Positions 11,710 to 26,647 of a stretch of 64,000 bases of DNA are shown here, one piece after another. Origin of the DNA: Psilocybe cubensis. Its lineage: Eukaryota. The notes below the pieces were generated by a model. It did no database searches. It worked only from the letters and a program-made list of their open reading frames with translations, and was not told the DNA's origin. The stretch spans positions 2,356,001 through 2,420,000 of the forward strand of contig CM039004.1 in assembly GCA_017499595.2 (NCBI GenBank), in the 5' to 3' direction. The first letter of the stretch is position 1, and each line of letters starts with the position of its first letter. Both the position numbers and the translations under genes were made by a program.

Positions 11710-14004
11710 TTACAACGGCACCAGGCCATACCCACGCACCAGCGCCAAAAGCAGCGTCGTCCCACCAACAACAACCAACACCCCCCTCCCACCACCTCCA
11801 ACTTTCACCCCGGGCCCACCGCGCGACGCACTCCTGCCCCCAGGCCTCGCACCACTCGCACTCTGCTGCGGTCCACCCGACGCAGTCACCGTCGTCGCAG
11901 CCGCCGACGACCCCACAGTAAAACTCGGCACTGTGTCGTTGCTAGCGCCGTTCTCCGCAACAGACGTCGCGGAGAGTTCAGCGAAGCCGATGGACAGCGG
12001 TGTGTAGCGGAAGACGGAGTAGACGTTTTTCTAAATTTTATTTTTTGTGAGCAAGCTGGACTGTGGAAGGAAAAGAGGAAGAGACGGAAAACTTACAAGG
12101 AATGTATCGCCTACAATCCACCGCGGCGCCGAACTTCCCGTCGAAAGCACAAAGAACGCACCAAGACACGTCGTCCTCGTCAAACGCGACAGCTGAAAGT
12201 CGGCCGGGGAAATACTCCAACTCCGCGAGCCGCCAAAGTTGAGGCTCACATTGACACTCGTATCACAGGCTATACAAACGAAACGAACAGGCAAAAAAGG
12301 TAAATCAACCATGTCTTCAAGTTCAAACCAAAAAAAAAAATAGCGAAACCAAGAGAGATGGGCTCGGAGAAGGAAGAGAAAGAAAGAAAGAAAGAGAGAA
12401 AGGAATGAACACGCACGATAAGTATAATAATTCTCAAAATTGCCCGTCCCAGGCTGAGACCCAGGAATCTGCTCAAAAATCTGCGCAATATACTCCGCCG
12501 GCCCACCGACGAGCGTCGTGCCCGTATCGATCGCGGCGTACGATTGCTGCCCCGACGGTAAGCTGATCGCCGTGTTCTGTACCGTCAGCTCTGTTAACGA
12601 GAAATGGAAATGAGATGATAAGTATGTGAGAGAGCGAACGATGGCGTACGGGTTAGAGGGAGGATCCAGTATGAGCCTTGTACAGGCATATCGACATAGT
12701 CAATGTCGCCTGTGTACAGACTGCTATTCGTAAAACCTTGACCGCAAAAAAGCCAGAAATCAGCGTTGCGAACAACGTAACTTTCAACCGCCAATATTAA
12801 CATACCCATCTGAAACGATCCTCCAGGTTCCTCCGTCTGCGTCGAACTATCATTCAAATACCTATCCCAAAAAAAAAAAAAAATTCAACACAAATCCTCC
12901 AAAACCCACGGAACAATTCTACACACCTCGTAAGCTGAAACGCCATAACCGGCTCATCCCACGCACCCGCACTAACAAGCGTCTCCCACAAAGGCTCCGC
13001 CTTACTACTCGCAATACTCTGAAACGCAAGCCCCAACAACCCCGACACCGGACTCGAAAGCAACCCCGCCGACACCTGATTACACACCGCAAACACCTGC
13101 CGCGCCACCGCAAACCCAGCCATCTGCACCGTGTCCGTGCCGAGCGATCCAGCTGCCTGTCCGGAGCCGTATGTGATGGCGAAGGGCGTTGAGGTGTTTT
13201 GGAATGTTGAGGAGGAGGAGGGGGAGAAGGTGGGTACGTTCGTGCAGCCTGTTATGCAGTCTGAGTCGGCGACCCAGAGGTCTCTGTGTGTATGGGTGTG
13301 GGGTTAGTTTGGTTTGGGAATGGGGTGTATGGGAATGGGAATGGGACGAACGCTGAGCCGGTGTCGAGGATAACATTGAATGGAGTCGGAGGAGTGCCAA
13401 TAGCCAACGAACCAAAATAGCTGCACAAAAAAAAAAGTTCGACCCAAAGTCAGACATCCAAAAAAAAAACACCCACCTCGAATCTCCATTCTGGTTCGTA
13501 ATCCTACCCAAAAACAAAACAAAAAAAAACACACACACAAGCAATCAATAACCCATAAACTAAACCAAAAGCACACAAAAAAACTCACAAATTCGTCCCC
13601 GCCGCGCGCACCTCAACCCGCCCACTCACATCACGGCTCTGACTCTGACGATGCTTCCCATACTTAGCCTCCAACCCCTCCCGATGGTTCTTCGCCCACA
13701 CACCCCACTCCTCCGGCGTACGCACAGGCTGCCCGCGCCTCGTCAGCGGGAGCGAGAGCGTCATGCCCTGCGTCTGACGCTGCGACAACCCGCCATCCGC
13801 GTTTTTATTTGTATTGCTCGAGCCCGAACTCGAACTCGTGCCAGAGCTGGAACTGGGGTTGGAAATGGGATTCGGAGACACGGTATTCGACCCTGGCCCT
13901 GGCCCTGATCCTGCAGCTGCACCCCCGCACAACGACGACAACGAAAGTATAAGCGCGCTAGCTGCTAAAAGCGAAGCGGGCGTCGGCGGCGATGGAGGGA
14001 GCAT
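11710..14004 (-). CDS. Pepsin-like (A1) aspartic protease, secreted, with a hydrophobic (GPI-like) C-terminal tail
   Basis: Signal peptide, ILDTGSADLWV and AAIDTGTTLVGGP catalytic motifs, SGLLGLAF, WIVGDTFLKNVYSVF. Includes a 27-nt exon at 13477-13503. Confidence 0.92.
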
Positions 14005-15997
14005 CGTTGATTTCGTAGGTAGGTTATTAGATTGTAGATTGATAGATATTAGGGTAGTAGGATTGATAGAGGATGAGTAGAGTAAATGCGCGATTTAATG
14101 GTTTAGACGAGCGATAGTCTCGCTTTGAGTATCCCGAGGCGAATTAGTGAGTAGACGAAGCGATATGCGATATGCGACGCGATGCGATGCGGTTAGAAAA
14201 TGTGGACCCTTGGGCCTGAGCGATTAGATTATATGGGGTGTTGAGTAATGTAGCAATTAACGGTGAAGGGTGAATGGCGGTGGTAGCAGTCGCGGTGGTA
14301 GGAGTCGCAGTGGTGGTGGTAGTAGCACTCGCAGTACAGGCGGTGGTGGGTGGTGGTGGCGGAAAGGAGAACCACGAAATACGAATCCAAGTGCGATGTT
14401 TCGGGTGATCAGAATCCGAGTCCGAGTCCGAGTCGATTAGTTATGTCTTTCAGTAGCAGCAGTCGCAGTCGCAATCGCAGTCGCAGGCGCAGGCGTACAA
14501 AGTCCCAGACAAACCGAAACCCAAACGGAAAGGGGCAAGCCAAAAGAAAAAAGAAAAAACCGGGAAACGGAAAGGGAAAGGGAAAGGGAAAGGGAAAGGC
14601 TCGTCCAGCGAGTAGTAGTTGGCTCCTTATATATGCGCCTATACACTTATATGCGCCTATACGCGTATAAGAGTGCGAGTGGAGTTGGAGGGAGTTGGAG
14701 TTGGAGAGAGTTGGATGTCCTGCTTTAACCCGGCGCGGCGTGCTGCGATGACGACGACGAGTGCGATAGGTAAGCTAATCCTAAGCCCAAGCCAAGGAGA
14801 AAGAATCATTAAATCAAGCTCCGTATAGAGAATACGCGCTTACAAGCTTAAGTCAGGAAAGTCAGGAAGATAAAACCGCAACCGCAAGTAGAAGCAAAAG
14901 CAAAAGTACAGACACAGGAAAAAAACAAAAGATATGAACAAAAACCTCTCTCCGCGTAACGATCGTCTGGTTCATATACGTATACGCATGTCCGAGTCGC
15001 ACTGTATTTCCCCAGGCCAGGCTGGCTAGGCCGAGCGTTGAGATGATATGATATGATATGATATGATATGCCATGACGCAAGGGTACGAAATGTCTGAGG
15101 CTGATCATTTTGCTGTTCACGTTCGTGCATTCGAGTCCGTTTTCGTGTTCGTGTTTGTGTTCGTGTTGGTGTTCACGTATACACCCCGGATGGATCTCCA
15201 ACTCCAACTCCATCTTCCACCCAGCTAGCCACCTAGACAGCAGCAGATACTAGATAGTACCCAGTATATCCTTTCAGCCCAAGTCAACAAACTCGACAAC
15301 TTGCCCGAAAAAGAAAAGAAAAGAAAAAACTCACCGACCAGTCCTACCGCATGGGTACATAATCACTGCTAACGCTAAGCCAACAACGTCAACGCCAACG
15401 TCAACACCGACTGCGCAGCCAGCAACCGGTAGATGCATATGCTGGATGACGATGACGACGACGACGGACGATACAGGAACACTCGACTCGATACTCGACA
15501 CAAGCGGCGCGTGATCGAGAGAGCCGAGGTCAACGATGACGTATACAACCACGACCTGCCTTATTTGGGTACCCCTTCGCCTAATCCGTCACGTACAGGC
15601 CCAGGCCACGGACAAGTCCTTTTTCTTCGTGTTTGCTTTGTGGCCTTTGTGGCGTTTGCGTTTGCGTTTGTGGCCTCTCACGGCCAAGGCCAAGGATTAC
15701 AATCATCGCGATTGGGGGTGTAGATCGTGGTTGGAGAAGGTTGAGCGGGTCTGAGTGGTATACCTCGTTAATGAACATGCTCAGATAGAGTGGAACCTAC
15801 CTTCAATGGGCATTGGGGCCATTAGCCTCAACCAAACCTCAAATGTCTCACTTGAAGTTATAATCACATATCACACCATAAAGAGAGTTTAAAAAGAAAT
15901 ATAATAAATAGACCAAATACACTAACAATACACTAACAAAGAAAGAAAGAGAAAAAAAGAAACCCGATAGCAACAAAACAATCCCATAGACCTAGAT

Positions 15998-16525
<528 letters not shown>

Positions 16526-16833
16526 TGTTGTTGTTGTTGTTAAGTGGTGGTGGGTGGTGGTGGTAAAAGGCCGGAAGTGAGTGGGGGATGGCAGCTTCAG
16601 AGGCGGGCAGGTTATATACAAACGCGAGCGCGTAGCGCACGTGACGCAGCGCGCCTCTGTCGGCCCAAGGATCAACAAACGAGTAAATGCAGCACAGCCA
16701 CATGTCCCGGTTGTTATATATACAAGAGCGGAGGCGGCGTGACTTGCCATCTCATCACCACCCACCACACCACCACCACCACCACCACACCACTCACCAA
16801 AACCCCCCCCCTCACCAACCTACTTTTATCAAC
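16526..16833. promoter_or_regulatory. Bidirectional H3/H4 promoter
   Basis: 308-bp gap between divergent ATGs. TATATAA on the minus strand at ~16612-16618, TATATATA at ~16715-16722, CACGTGAC at 16638. Confidence 0.75.
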
Positions 16834-17306
<473 letters not shown>

Positions 17307-17631
17307 ATATTGTGGATTTAGTTTGCCTCGCTTTCCTTCTGTAACTATATTGTACTTTTATTTATTTATTCTTTTTTTTTTGCGCAACGAAACTCCTTGG
17401 GGAGTGAGTGAGTGAGTTTGTTCCCATATGCATGTGAATTGTGCGCGCTTTGTGTTTGTGTTAGTAGGCGGCCGTAAATCCGTTGGGTTCCTCCGCGCCA
17501 GACGCCGACATATTACCTTGCAAGTTTGTCCGGCTATTCTCCGCTGGTATAGGCGAGTGTCCCAGGGGAGAGCATCCTCCCACTGCCTTTATCAGCCCAG
17601 CAGCAGCAGCTCCCTCCATCAGATAACAGCC

Positions 17632-19557
17632 ATGCTTCCCAACGAGACCCTCTCCGCCATCTTCCACGAGCTCCCGCCCTCGTCCCTCGCTGCCGCTGCC
17701 CGCGCCTCTGTCCGCTTCAACGCAGTCGCAGAGCGCATCCTCTACTCGTCAATATACATCCACGACCTCCTCCTCCCTCTCCGCACGCTCAAATGGTGCG
17801 CTGCAATGCGCACGCGCCCCCATCTCTTCGAGTCCGTCAAGCGCCTCCATATCCGATGGCAGCACGCGCCGCCCGATCCCGCCTCCTCCTCGTCCTCCGT
17901 CGCGCCTCCCGGCCCATCCACCGCCGCCATCGGCCCTGAGCACAGCCGCTACTGGATCCACGCGTGCGAGCAGCTCGCCCTCGTCCTGCCCCTCCTCACC
18001 GAGCTCGAGTCCCTCGACCTCTTCCTCGGCCCAGCCAATCTCGCACCATACCCCGCCTATGACGACATCGACCCCGACGCGGACACGGAGAAAATCCACG
18101 CGATCGAGCGCGTCGTGCGCGGATGCTCCTTCCCCCATCTGCGCGCGTGCACATTAGGCGCGGACAGCGCCAAGGGCGCCCAGCCGTACACCCGCGTCCT
18201 CGTCGACTTCCTCGGCGCCCTCCCCGCGCTGCGCCACCTCCGCCTCTCCGATCTCGCGTCCCACCACCATCAATACGAGTACGACTACGCGCCGCCCCAT
18301 CTCCAGTTCGCACACACAACCCTAGGCGCCGGCGGCGGGGGCGGTCCGCCGAACTACTACGCCGCGCGCACGGCACGGCTCGACAGTCTCCCTTCCACCG
18401 CGCTACCTCTTCTCACATCGTTCCGCGGCTCCGCCGACGCAGCCGCTGCGCTCCTCCCCGGGCGGCCAGTCCAGTTCCTCGCGCTCGTAGGGCAAGATTC
18501 AGACGTGACGCGCGAGAACCTGCCGCGGCTCACGCAGACGTCGCTGCCGCTCAGGTACCTCGATCTCTCGGCGATGAGCGTGCGCCCGGTGCTGCTGAGG
18601 AACGTGTCGGCGTGGCTGCCCACCGTCGAGACGCTCCGTGTGAAGCTTGCGTTGCGCCATACGCTGCATTATTCGTTCTCTGGGATCGTGAGTTTTTTTT
18701 CTCTCTTTTTTTCCTTTTCCTTTTGCTTTATTTCCATTTTGCGCTTTCTTCCCTTCACTTGCTTTCCTTCTTCCTGGCTCTTTGCGAGTTTGATTCCTCG
18801 GAGTTGAGCCTATTCCCCGCTTCCTTCCCTTCCCTCCCATTCATTCATTCATTCATTCACGCATTCTTTCCATTCATGTACACCTATCTTTATACCATTT
18901 TCTCCGAATGCTTAATCCATTCTAATCCAAAACCCTCTTTTTCTTTTTCTCCCACATCTCACATCCGCGTTCCGGACTCGCTTCGCATTCGCATTCGCAC
19001 CATCCAACGTCTACGCTCATCCTCCTCAACCGCTCATCTAACCTCTCCTTGGCCACTCTACACACGCACACCAAAACACTCAACACCCAACCACCAACCA
19101 CCAACATAACACCACTCAAACCCGACGCACCACAAACCCACAAACCCAACCACACACACGCTCAACCCAACAGCGCATCCTCGCCGGCCTCTCCGCCGTC
19201 CTCGCCGCCTTCCCGCACCTCACCCACCTCGACCTCTCGCCGACCGGCATCGACGGCGTAGGCCGCGCCGACGCGCGCGAGGAGCACGCGGTGTGCACGG
19301 AGTGGGCGCGCGCGTGTCCGACGCTGCGCCGGGTCGTGTTTCCGTCGGGGACGGAGTGGGTGTGGGTGGGTGCGGGTGGGGGGGTTGGTGCGGGTGCGGG
19401 TGGGGCAGGCGGGGCGGGTGGGGGGGTTGGTGTGGGTGAAGGTGGGGTGGAAGGAGGAGGAGGAGGAGAGGGTGGAGGAGAGGGTGATGGCGATGGCGAT
19501 GCTCTAGCGACAACGATGGCGATGGGCGGGTGGATGCAGGTCGGCGCGGGGCAGTGA
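17632..19557 (+). CDS. F-box-like protein with LRR-like repeats and a Gly-rich tail
   Basis: N-terminal LPNETLSAIFHELPPSSLAAAARASVRFNAVAERILY fits the F-box pattern, LxxLxL repeats follow. Intron 18688-19173 joins in frame to RILAGLS...CPTLRRVVFPSG. Confidence 0.75.
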
Positions 19558-19905
19558 CAGTGGCAATGACGCGTTGCGGGCCCGGTTTTCGGTGTCGTGC
19601 TCGCTGTGCGGTGTGGGTTGTATGTTGTGCGCTGGTTCTTGCATATGCACTTACACGCTTATGCACATGCACATAAGCATAAGCGCGAACGCGAACGCGA
19701 CGCGACGCGAGCATGTGTAAGTTCCCGGCTTCCGTTATTTATCGTCGACACTTTCGAGCGACGCGCGCATAGCAACACCAACACCGACTTCGACTTCGAC
19801 TTCGACTTCGACTTCGGCATCGACTTCGACTTTGACATCGACATTGACATCGACATTGAGCATCACATCGACATCGACCATGCCAACAACAACCACGACC
19901 ATGTC

Positions 19906-19937
<32 letters not shown>

Positions 19938-21297
19938 ACCGGGCTCAAGAAGATACCCTATCACAGGGCAGTCTACTTATGCTAGTCACACAGCGATATG
20001 GCCAGGCCAGGCTAGGGATAGGGATAGGCATGGTGATATGGCTAGCGAATCGGACGGTGTTATGCACACTGGCAGCGATATGATATCATGATATCATGAT
20101 GGATGTGGATGTGGCCAGTGATAAAGTGACAAGCAGCAGGAGAAGACCAGGAGCAGGAGCAGGAGAAGAGCATAAGAAGGAGCAGGGGACGAAAAGGCAC
20201 AAGGATAAGGATAAGGATAAGGATACGGACGGAACACGATGGATGATTGCATGATCACCCGAGAAGTTATCACGGTACGAACGACGAGCACGGAGGGATG
20301 TTGGGCTTTAGTGCTGTGGGGCTGCAGGGCTGCAGGGCCTCTAGGGATGTATAGGGTTTCCGATATTTCCATCTCAAATCACCCAACCCACGACACGAAC
20401 GCCACAATGTACAAACGCACAAAATCCATTCACAAAATCCATTCACAAAACCTCAGGCTATTCACACTTCACAAAACTTCCACTCCACATCACATCACAT
20501 CACAGTCCATGCACATACACATGCCTAGCGATTAGTGATTAGTGAATAGTGATTTATCCAAATCAACATTCACATTTATAACTTTTGGAAATTCACCGTC
20601 ACCGTCACACGATTCACATATGCACCGTTTTTCGCAGGTTGCAGGTCGCAGATTGCAGGTCGCAGTTTTACCGTCAGTTATTCGCCACTGCATTCCATTG
20701 CATTCACAGTCACAATCGCCCGCAGTTGCAAGTTCAACGTTCACAGTGCGCAATGCGCAGGTCAAGTCACTGTACTAGGACCAGGTCGAATGTCCATTCC
20801 AATTCCAATTTCATGTCCAATTCCAATTCCACCTCACGTTCCATCTTCATTCGCAGTCGCAGTCGCAGTCGCAGTCGCAGTCGCAGTCGCAGGTGCAGTT
20901 GCCCCACCCCCAATTTTCGATCCTCAACGTTCAACCTTTCCTCAATCCATCGCCTCCGCCTGTGCCAACGTCAACTTACCACCACCACCAATACCACCAC
21001 CACCACCAACGGCACAGCACAAATTTATACAGATACACACACTCATACCCATACCCTACCCCACTTCATACCCACATATCACCACATACCACCTACATAC
21101 ATATATACATACGTATGTATACGTACAAACTCAAAATATAAGTATAATAACACACACACACACATACACACATCTATACCTTTTGCTTTTGCTTTTGCCC
21201 TCTGAGCCACGTCGCATCGCGTCATTCTCGCCTTGCGCATGTCACATCGCGTTGGCCCCAAACCCAAACCCAAACCCGCTCAATTTCGACAAAGCTC

Positions 21298-21371
21298 TCA
21301 CCCATAACCTTGAATCTGAAAATCTGATCACCCATAACCTTGATTCTGATCACCCGTAACCTTGAATCCGA
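21298..21371. repeat. Short minisatellite, three copies of TCACCC(A/G)TAACCTTGA
   Basis: Direct repeats visible at ~21298, ~21328 and ~21350. Confidence 0.8.
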
Positions 21372-22353
21372 ATTAAACCTTCAACCCTCAAACTCTCACA
21401 GGAGGATGAGGAGGAGAAGAGGAGGAACGAAAAACCACCAATTAATCATTTAAGTACCTAATGTACGGAAAGTTCATTTCATGTTACGGTCAATGAGAAC
21501 GAGGAGATGGGCGGGATAGCAAGAGAGGTGAGAGAGAGGTGAGAGAGAGAGTAAAGAGAGAGAGAGAGAAGAAAGGAAAAAGAAAAAAAGTAATAAATAA
21601 TTTAATTCTACGCTAGTAGGATGAGAATGGACCGAGCTCCAAAAAAGAAAAAAATGATTCACCTGAAAAAAAAAGTGAATGAAAAGGCCGAAAAGAAGAG
21701 AGAAGAACCATAAACATAAACGGCGCCCAAAACATATCCTAATAATCAGGCAAAAAAAAGAAAAAGAAAAAGAAAAAGAAAAAAAAGAGTCCTTGAAACT
21801 AAAGAAAAGGGGAGAAGGAACGTTAATCTTATACAGTGAGATAATGATTACATGGCATTGGAATTGATCGATCAATGGGAAGAGGATGAGGTTGAGGTTG
21901 AGAGGGGAAAGGGGAGGAGAGGAGGGAAGGGTTGTCATGTTGTCGTGGTACCGGTTCATTTTCGAAAACGTAGAAATATGGACACAATGAAGATATGAAA
22001 GGCGGCGGGGCATACGAGGATTTTCTTTTGCCGTGGGACTGGGTCTGGGACTTGGGTGGGGGCGTCAAGCGTGAATGTTATATAAAATAAAAGGTAAGCG
22101 TCCTTGGCCAAAGCATGCGCATGAGATTTACAGTGCGAAATGGGAGAAAAAATAAAAAAGAGGATGTATGGTGTGTGGGTATACATTGAAAAAAAGAAAG
22201 GATTGCCGTGAAAAGAACAAGACAAAGAAGCACCTCGAAAGAAAAAAAATGGGATGCTGCACACGTCCAGTGTGGAAAAAAAAAAGGCAAAAGAAGAGCA
22301 AAGTTTTCCAAACAGTCCCATTATCATTGTCAGCCTTGATCTCAATAGTGCAT

Positions 22354-25141
22354 TCACTCTGATTCGTCGATAAAGATATCCGTGTAGTGATTAAGGATCG
22401 TTTCAATTGCCTGTGAGGGTGTATTGCAATCATGTCAGATTTTTTCTCTTTCAATTGGTTCAATTATGGAGAAAACTCGGGCATGTACCATATTCTGGAA
22501 CGTCTGGTCGGCCATAACGCCTCCTTGGCCGTTAATTGACGCATGCTGACCAAACAGAGTTGGCCCGAAAACAATCGCGAGATTTTGCATTGACATCGAG
22601 TTATCTGCCGCGTGCTGATTCACCCTGCATACCAAGCACACCGAAGAAAAAAGAAAAAAAAGGACGTCAGTATGTGTTCATTCCCGCGGGGACGACGGGA
22701 ACAGCGTGTTACCGATGCAGGTGACCCAGGAAATACTTGAGAGTGGCATAATTGGGATCAGGAAGCTCGTTAACGCGTTCATGTAGCCGGATGTGCCGTA
22801 GTCTATCATTTTCAATTTCTGTCAAACAGAAGCATAAGGTCAATGATCTGTTTCTCCGAGATGTTCTCAACCCATTCAGTTGGGAATACGCACTGGCAGC
22901 TTCAATGAACCCTTGATGTAGACTGTTTGTAAGCAGAGGATCAGGTAGCTCGCGCAACCACATCTTCAGCACACTAGCCACGTTATTTATATCGCCCGAC
23001 CATTCTGGCGCATCTAAATCAACCGCCTCTAAATCTATATTTGAAAGAGACCATTAATATTAGAGCCAAAATGTCGGCGGCGGGGGCGGTCGGATAACGC
23101 ACCCTTTTCCAGTTTCTGCCTGAGATTTGCCACCTTGCTCGTCATCCCACTCACCCGATAGATACCTTGCGACTTAATGCCGTGTTTCTCAATAGCCTCG
23201 CAGCATTTCACCATTATAGGCGGAACCTCCACATTGTCGCGCAACATTTGTTCGCCTAGATCAACACCAAACGTCGGTCGTCCTTTGTCTTGTGTACCAT
23301 TTGATCCATTCGTTGCGGGGGTCACAGGACGAGCCTGTGTTTTCTCATTGAATGCGGGTAGCGGAGGTAACTATTAGCGTACATGATTTAGCCGCGCGGT
23401 AAAATTCTGGCACAAATGCAAAGACTTACGAAACCCTCATCCGATGGTCCTTCTCGTCGAGGACCTCGCGGAGGCGCACTGCCTCTGGCAAATGCATAGT
23501 TCTGCATATAATTCTTGAAATCACCACGGTTATCAATCGTTTCTATGGTAGATTTCAAGCCGAGGCCTAAATTAAAGTTGTCAGCTGAGCATAACTTGCA
23601 AAATTGATTGGAGACAGATGTCAAGTCAAAACATACCTTCTTCTGAAGGTGGCACAAGAGTCGAACCATCGCTCAGGACAATGCTTTCGAACAAAAAGGC
23701 GTATCTTGTCAAGTGATATTGCGTGCCGAGATCAATTTCATCTGCACACTCCTTTAAAGCCTAAGAATGAAATATCGAGAAATAAGCGCGGGCTCGGCAG
23801 AATATGACGTGCACATACTCGTAGGATCCGGGGCAATTGAAAATTGAAATACTCCTGTCTCATGGCCTGCGTCTCTGTAACAGCCTTCCGATATTGGTCT
23901 GACGCAGTGGACAGTCTGGCGCGGATATCATCTTCCTGTCGCTGAATCTAGAGGAGGAGTTGGTTTTGGTTTAGTTCCCTTGTAATCACGAGGTGGGCGA
24001 TGTGACTGACATTTCCGGGGTTTTTGCCTTTCAAAAGCAGTCCTCCTTTAGCAACAGCCTTGCCAATAGCACGCTTTCCACCTGCCCCAGCTCCTCCTGG
24101 ACGATTCTGCATTCCGGTATCTTTGATCGACTCGCCCTCTTTTTGAAGGAGCACCCGTTCTAACTCTTCTGAGGTAAAATCCAAGCGATTCTTGCATTTC
24201 TCGGTGATCCCTTCTGATTCTTGCAGAGCACGTTCGTACCGTGTTGCAAGATCTTTAGTCTAGGCAACAATCGTCAGTAGCTAATTTTGAAAATGAAAAC
24301 AAGGATTTGGTCGCGGACCTGTTTTCTATTCTTATCCACCTCCTTAACCAGAGTTCCCAACTCTTCGCTCATCTCGTTCAGACGTTGGGCGAACCGTATC
24401 CTATTCTCTGCCATCGCTTCATGGATACGCATTGAAGACTGCCATGCCGACACGAAAGATCTACACGAAAGGTAAGACAACACATCGTAGTGAGTAGAGC
24501 ACTTTCATACCCAGCCTTTCCGTCGTTCAGCGCGTACATCTCTGACGTTGACCGTGAAAGCTTCTGTAGAGTCTTCCCATACTCGTCTTCCACCATAGCC
24601 CGTTTCTTGAAGAACACGGCCGCTTCCTGAAAGATCAGTCATTAGGCGACTGATCCAAACAAAAGATCTGAGATAGTGCTCACTCGACATGACACAATAC
24701 CCTGTTTTATTCGATCTAAAAGGAGAGGCACACCGCACTGCAACGAGGTGGATGAGAATGCGAAACTTTGCAATAAATACATGGAAGAGATAAATTATGC
24801 AGGCTTACGTCTAGCTCGCAGAGGGCACGTAGCACGTTCTCGTCAAAACTCGGCTCAACCAAGCTTGGCGTGCCAGTATGTATGGTAGACAACGTGTCGC
24901 GGCGGTCGATGAAGGCTGCGGAGGTGCTATCCCGCCAGGGCTGTGAAGAGGAGGACTTTGGTGCAGAGTCTGAGCTCGAGCGGGTTTTCGGGGATGTGGA
25001 CAACTCATGAGCCGAGGATGAGTTCTCGTCTACTGAATCAAGAGATTGGAAAGAGGGGCGTCCATATGCATTGGTATGAAGGTCAGTAGAATGATCCTCC
25101 CAAGCGGTCGTTGCTGAAGAGGTATAACCGTCCTCCGCCAT
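22354..25141 (-). CDS. F-BAR (FCH) plus RhoGAP domain protein (Rgd1-like)
   Basis: FFKKRAMVEDEYGKTL (FCH). TFGVDL, QGIYRVSG (arginine finger), ASVLKMWLRELPDPL and NLAIVFGPTL (RhoGAP). Ends YTDIFIDESE*. Confidence 0.92.
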
Positions 25142-25351
25142 CGCCAGACTTGCTGAAAAGGCGATCTAGTGTGCCAGCGTTATAAGAAGAGCTCCGTGAG
25201 AAGAAGAAAGGTGGAGAGAGATAATGAGGGCCGGTAATGGTAATGAGAGCAGAGTAGTCCTCAATATGTTTTTCGGCCACTCAATCCTTCACGTGCGCCC
25301 CCCGACCTCTTATGGGAACCTGTGTAGTTACGCTTTTCAAAGCACTCATGT

Positions 25352-26466
25352 ATGGATCATAAACATACCGACTATGATCTGACTCTCAAGGGTCCCATTC
25401 GACTCACCAGCGATTCAGTACAAGTTACAGATGCAGACGAGGAGGTATAAATGGGTTGCTAATCTGCTATCACTTCACCTGATGCTACCTTCTCCTAGAT
25501 CTTCATCTTGTATTCTGAGCTCCAAATTGGAGGTGCTGCCTCAACTGACTTCCGTGGCCTTGGTTACTTGGATTCCCGTAAAGACATCCTCGAAATCAAG
25601 TTTGAATTGAAGGGCGTGTCAGAGGCTCCATCTACTACACCCACCAAGAAATCGAAATTGCGGAAGGCACCAAAGGAGGCCAAAACAACAGTGGAAATTG
25701 AATTGATGCAGGACAAGACTGCGTTGCGAAGCCGCAAGGGCGATACTGGGAGTGTCCTATGGAAAGCTAGGTCTGCAAATCCGCGGCATTTTCTCTGTGA
25801 TCGCGCTCAAACGCAGCCATATAGTATCGACTTTGCACAACTTATCCTTGAACAGTACCATTCATGTGCCAGCAACAGTTTATTCAATCGCGACGTTCTC
25901 GGCTCGCAGAACGTCTTGGAACTCGGGTTTGCGGTGTTCTTTCTGGCTATACGTGCCCTGACTTGATATGATGTGTACACAGAGCTGGCACCGGCCTACT
26001 CAGCATTGCACTGTCGCCTCTTGTCAAGAGGTATACGGCCACTGATATCGGGCCATTGATCCATCTGATCGAGAAGAACGTTTCCCTCAATTTCTCTGGC
26101 TGGCCTAACATTCCTGCTGGTTCTGGGTCTAACGTGTCGGTCGAAGAACTGGACTGGATTGCCGTGGAATCTTCTTCACCAACGCAGAGAAGAAAGATCT
26201 ACAACACAGTAAATAATCCTGTTGATCTTCTGCTCGTTGTGGATTGTATATATCATCCGTCATTGATCCCACCTTTCTTGGCTACTGTCGATTACCTCAG
26301 TACTCCTGGACGGACAGCTGTTCTAATTGTATCTGAACTGCGTGCGGAGGACGTGATGAGAGAATTTCTGGATAAATGGTTGTGTATGCCTGGTTGGGAG
26401 ATCTGGCGTATTCCGAATGAAGAAATCGGGAAACATTATGCAATATTTTTGGGATGGAAGAATTAA
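25352..26466 (+). CDS. METTL21/family-16 lysine methyltransferase (Rkm5-like)
   Basis: Spliced protein contains DTGSVLWKAS, VLELGAGTG, ATD, ELDW and VDCIYH (DxxY) motifs. Confidence 0.85.
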
Positions 26467-26647
26467 CTATATAGAAACGAGTACTCAGCACAAGCAATGA
26501 AAACTATTTCAATAAAAGGTACAACATCACAAAATTGCGAACAGTTTAATGAAGAAGCCCACGTTAACATATTACAGGGGCGCGTAACGCTGATCTAATC
26601 AGATCACAAACTCAAGGGTCGATCATCTCAAAATAAACTTCCTCATC

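Noticed and set aside
14350-15780. Short ORFs between the aspartic protease and H3
   Set aside because: Translations are dominated by microsatellite-derived runs (KGKGKG, DDDDD, FAFAF) with no domain signal.
17996-19109. Long alternative-frame and antisense ORFs over the F-box gene
   Set aside because: Expected shadow ORFs of very GC-rich coding sequence.
21298-21371. Repeat as a CRISPR array or telomeric tract
   Set aside because: Eukaryotic context, only three copies, no unique spacers, and not tandem TTAGGG.
19597-22330. ORFs of 60-200 aa in the repeat-rich intergenic region
   Set aside because: Open frames arise from stop-free 3- and 6-bp repeats (DFDFDF, NNNN, SRSRSR).
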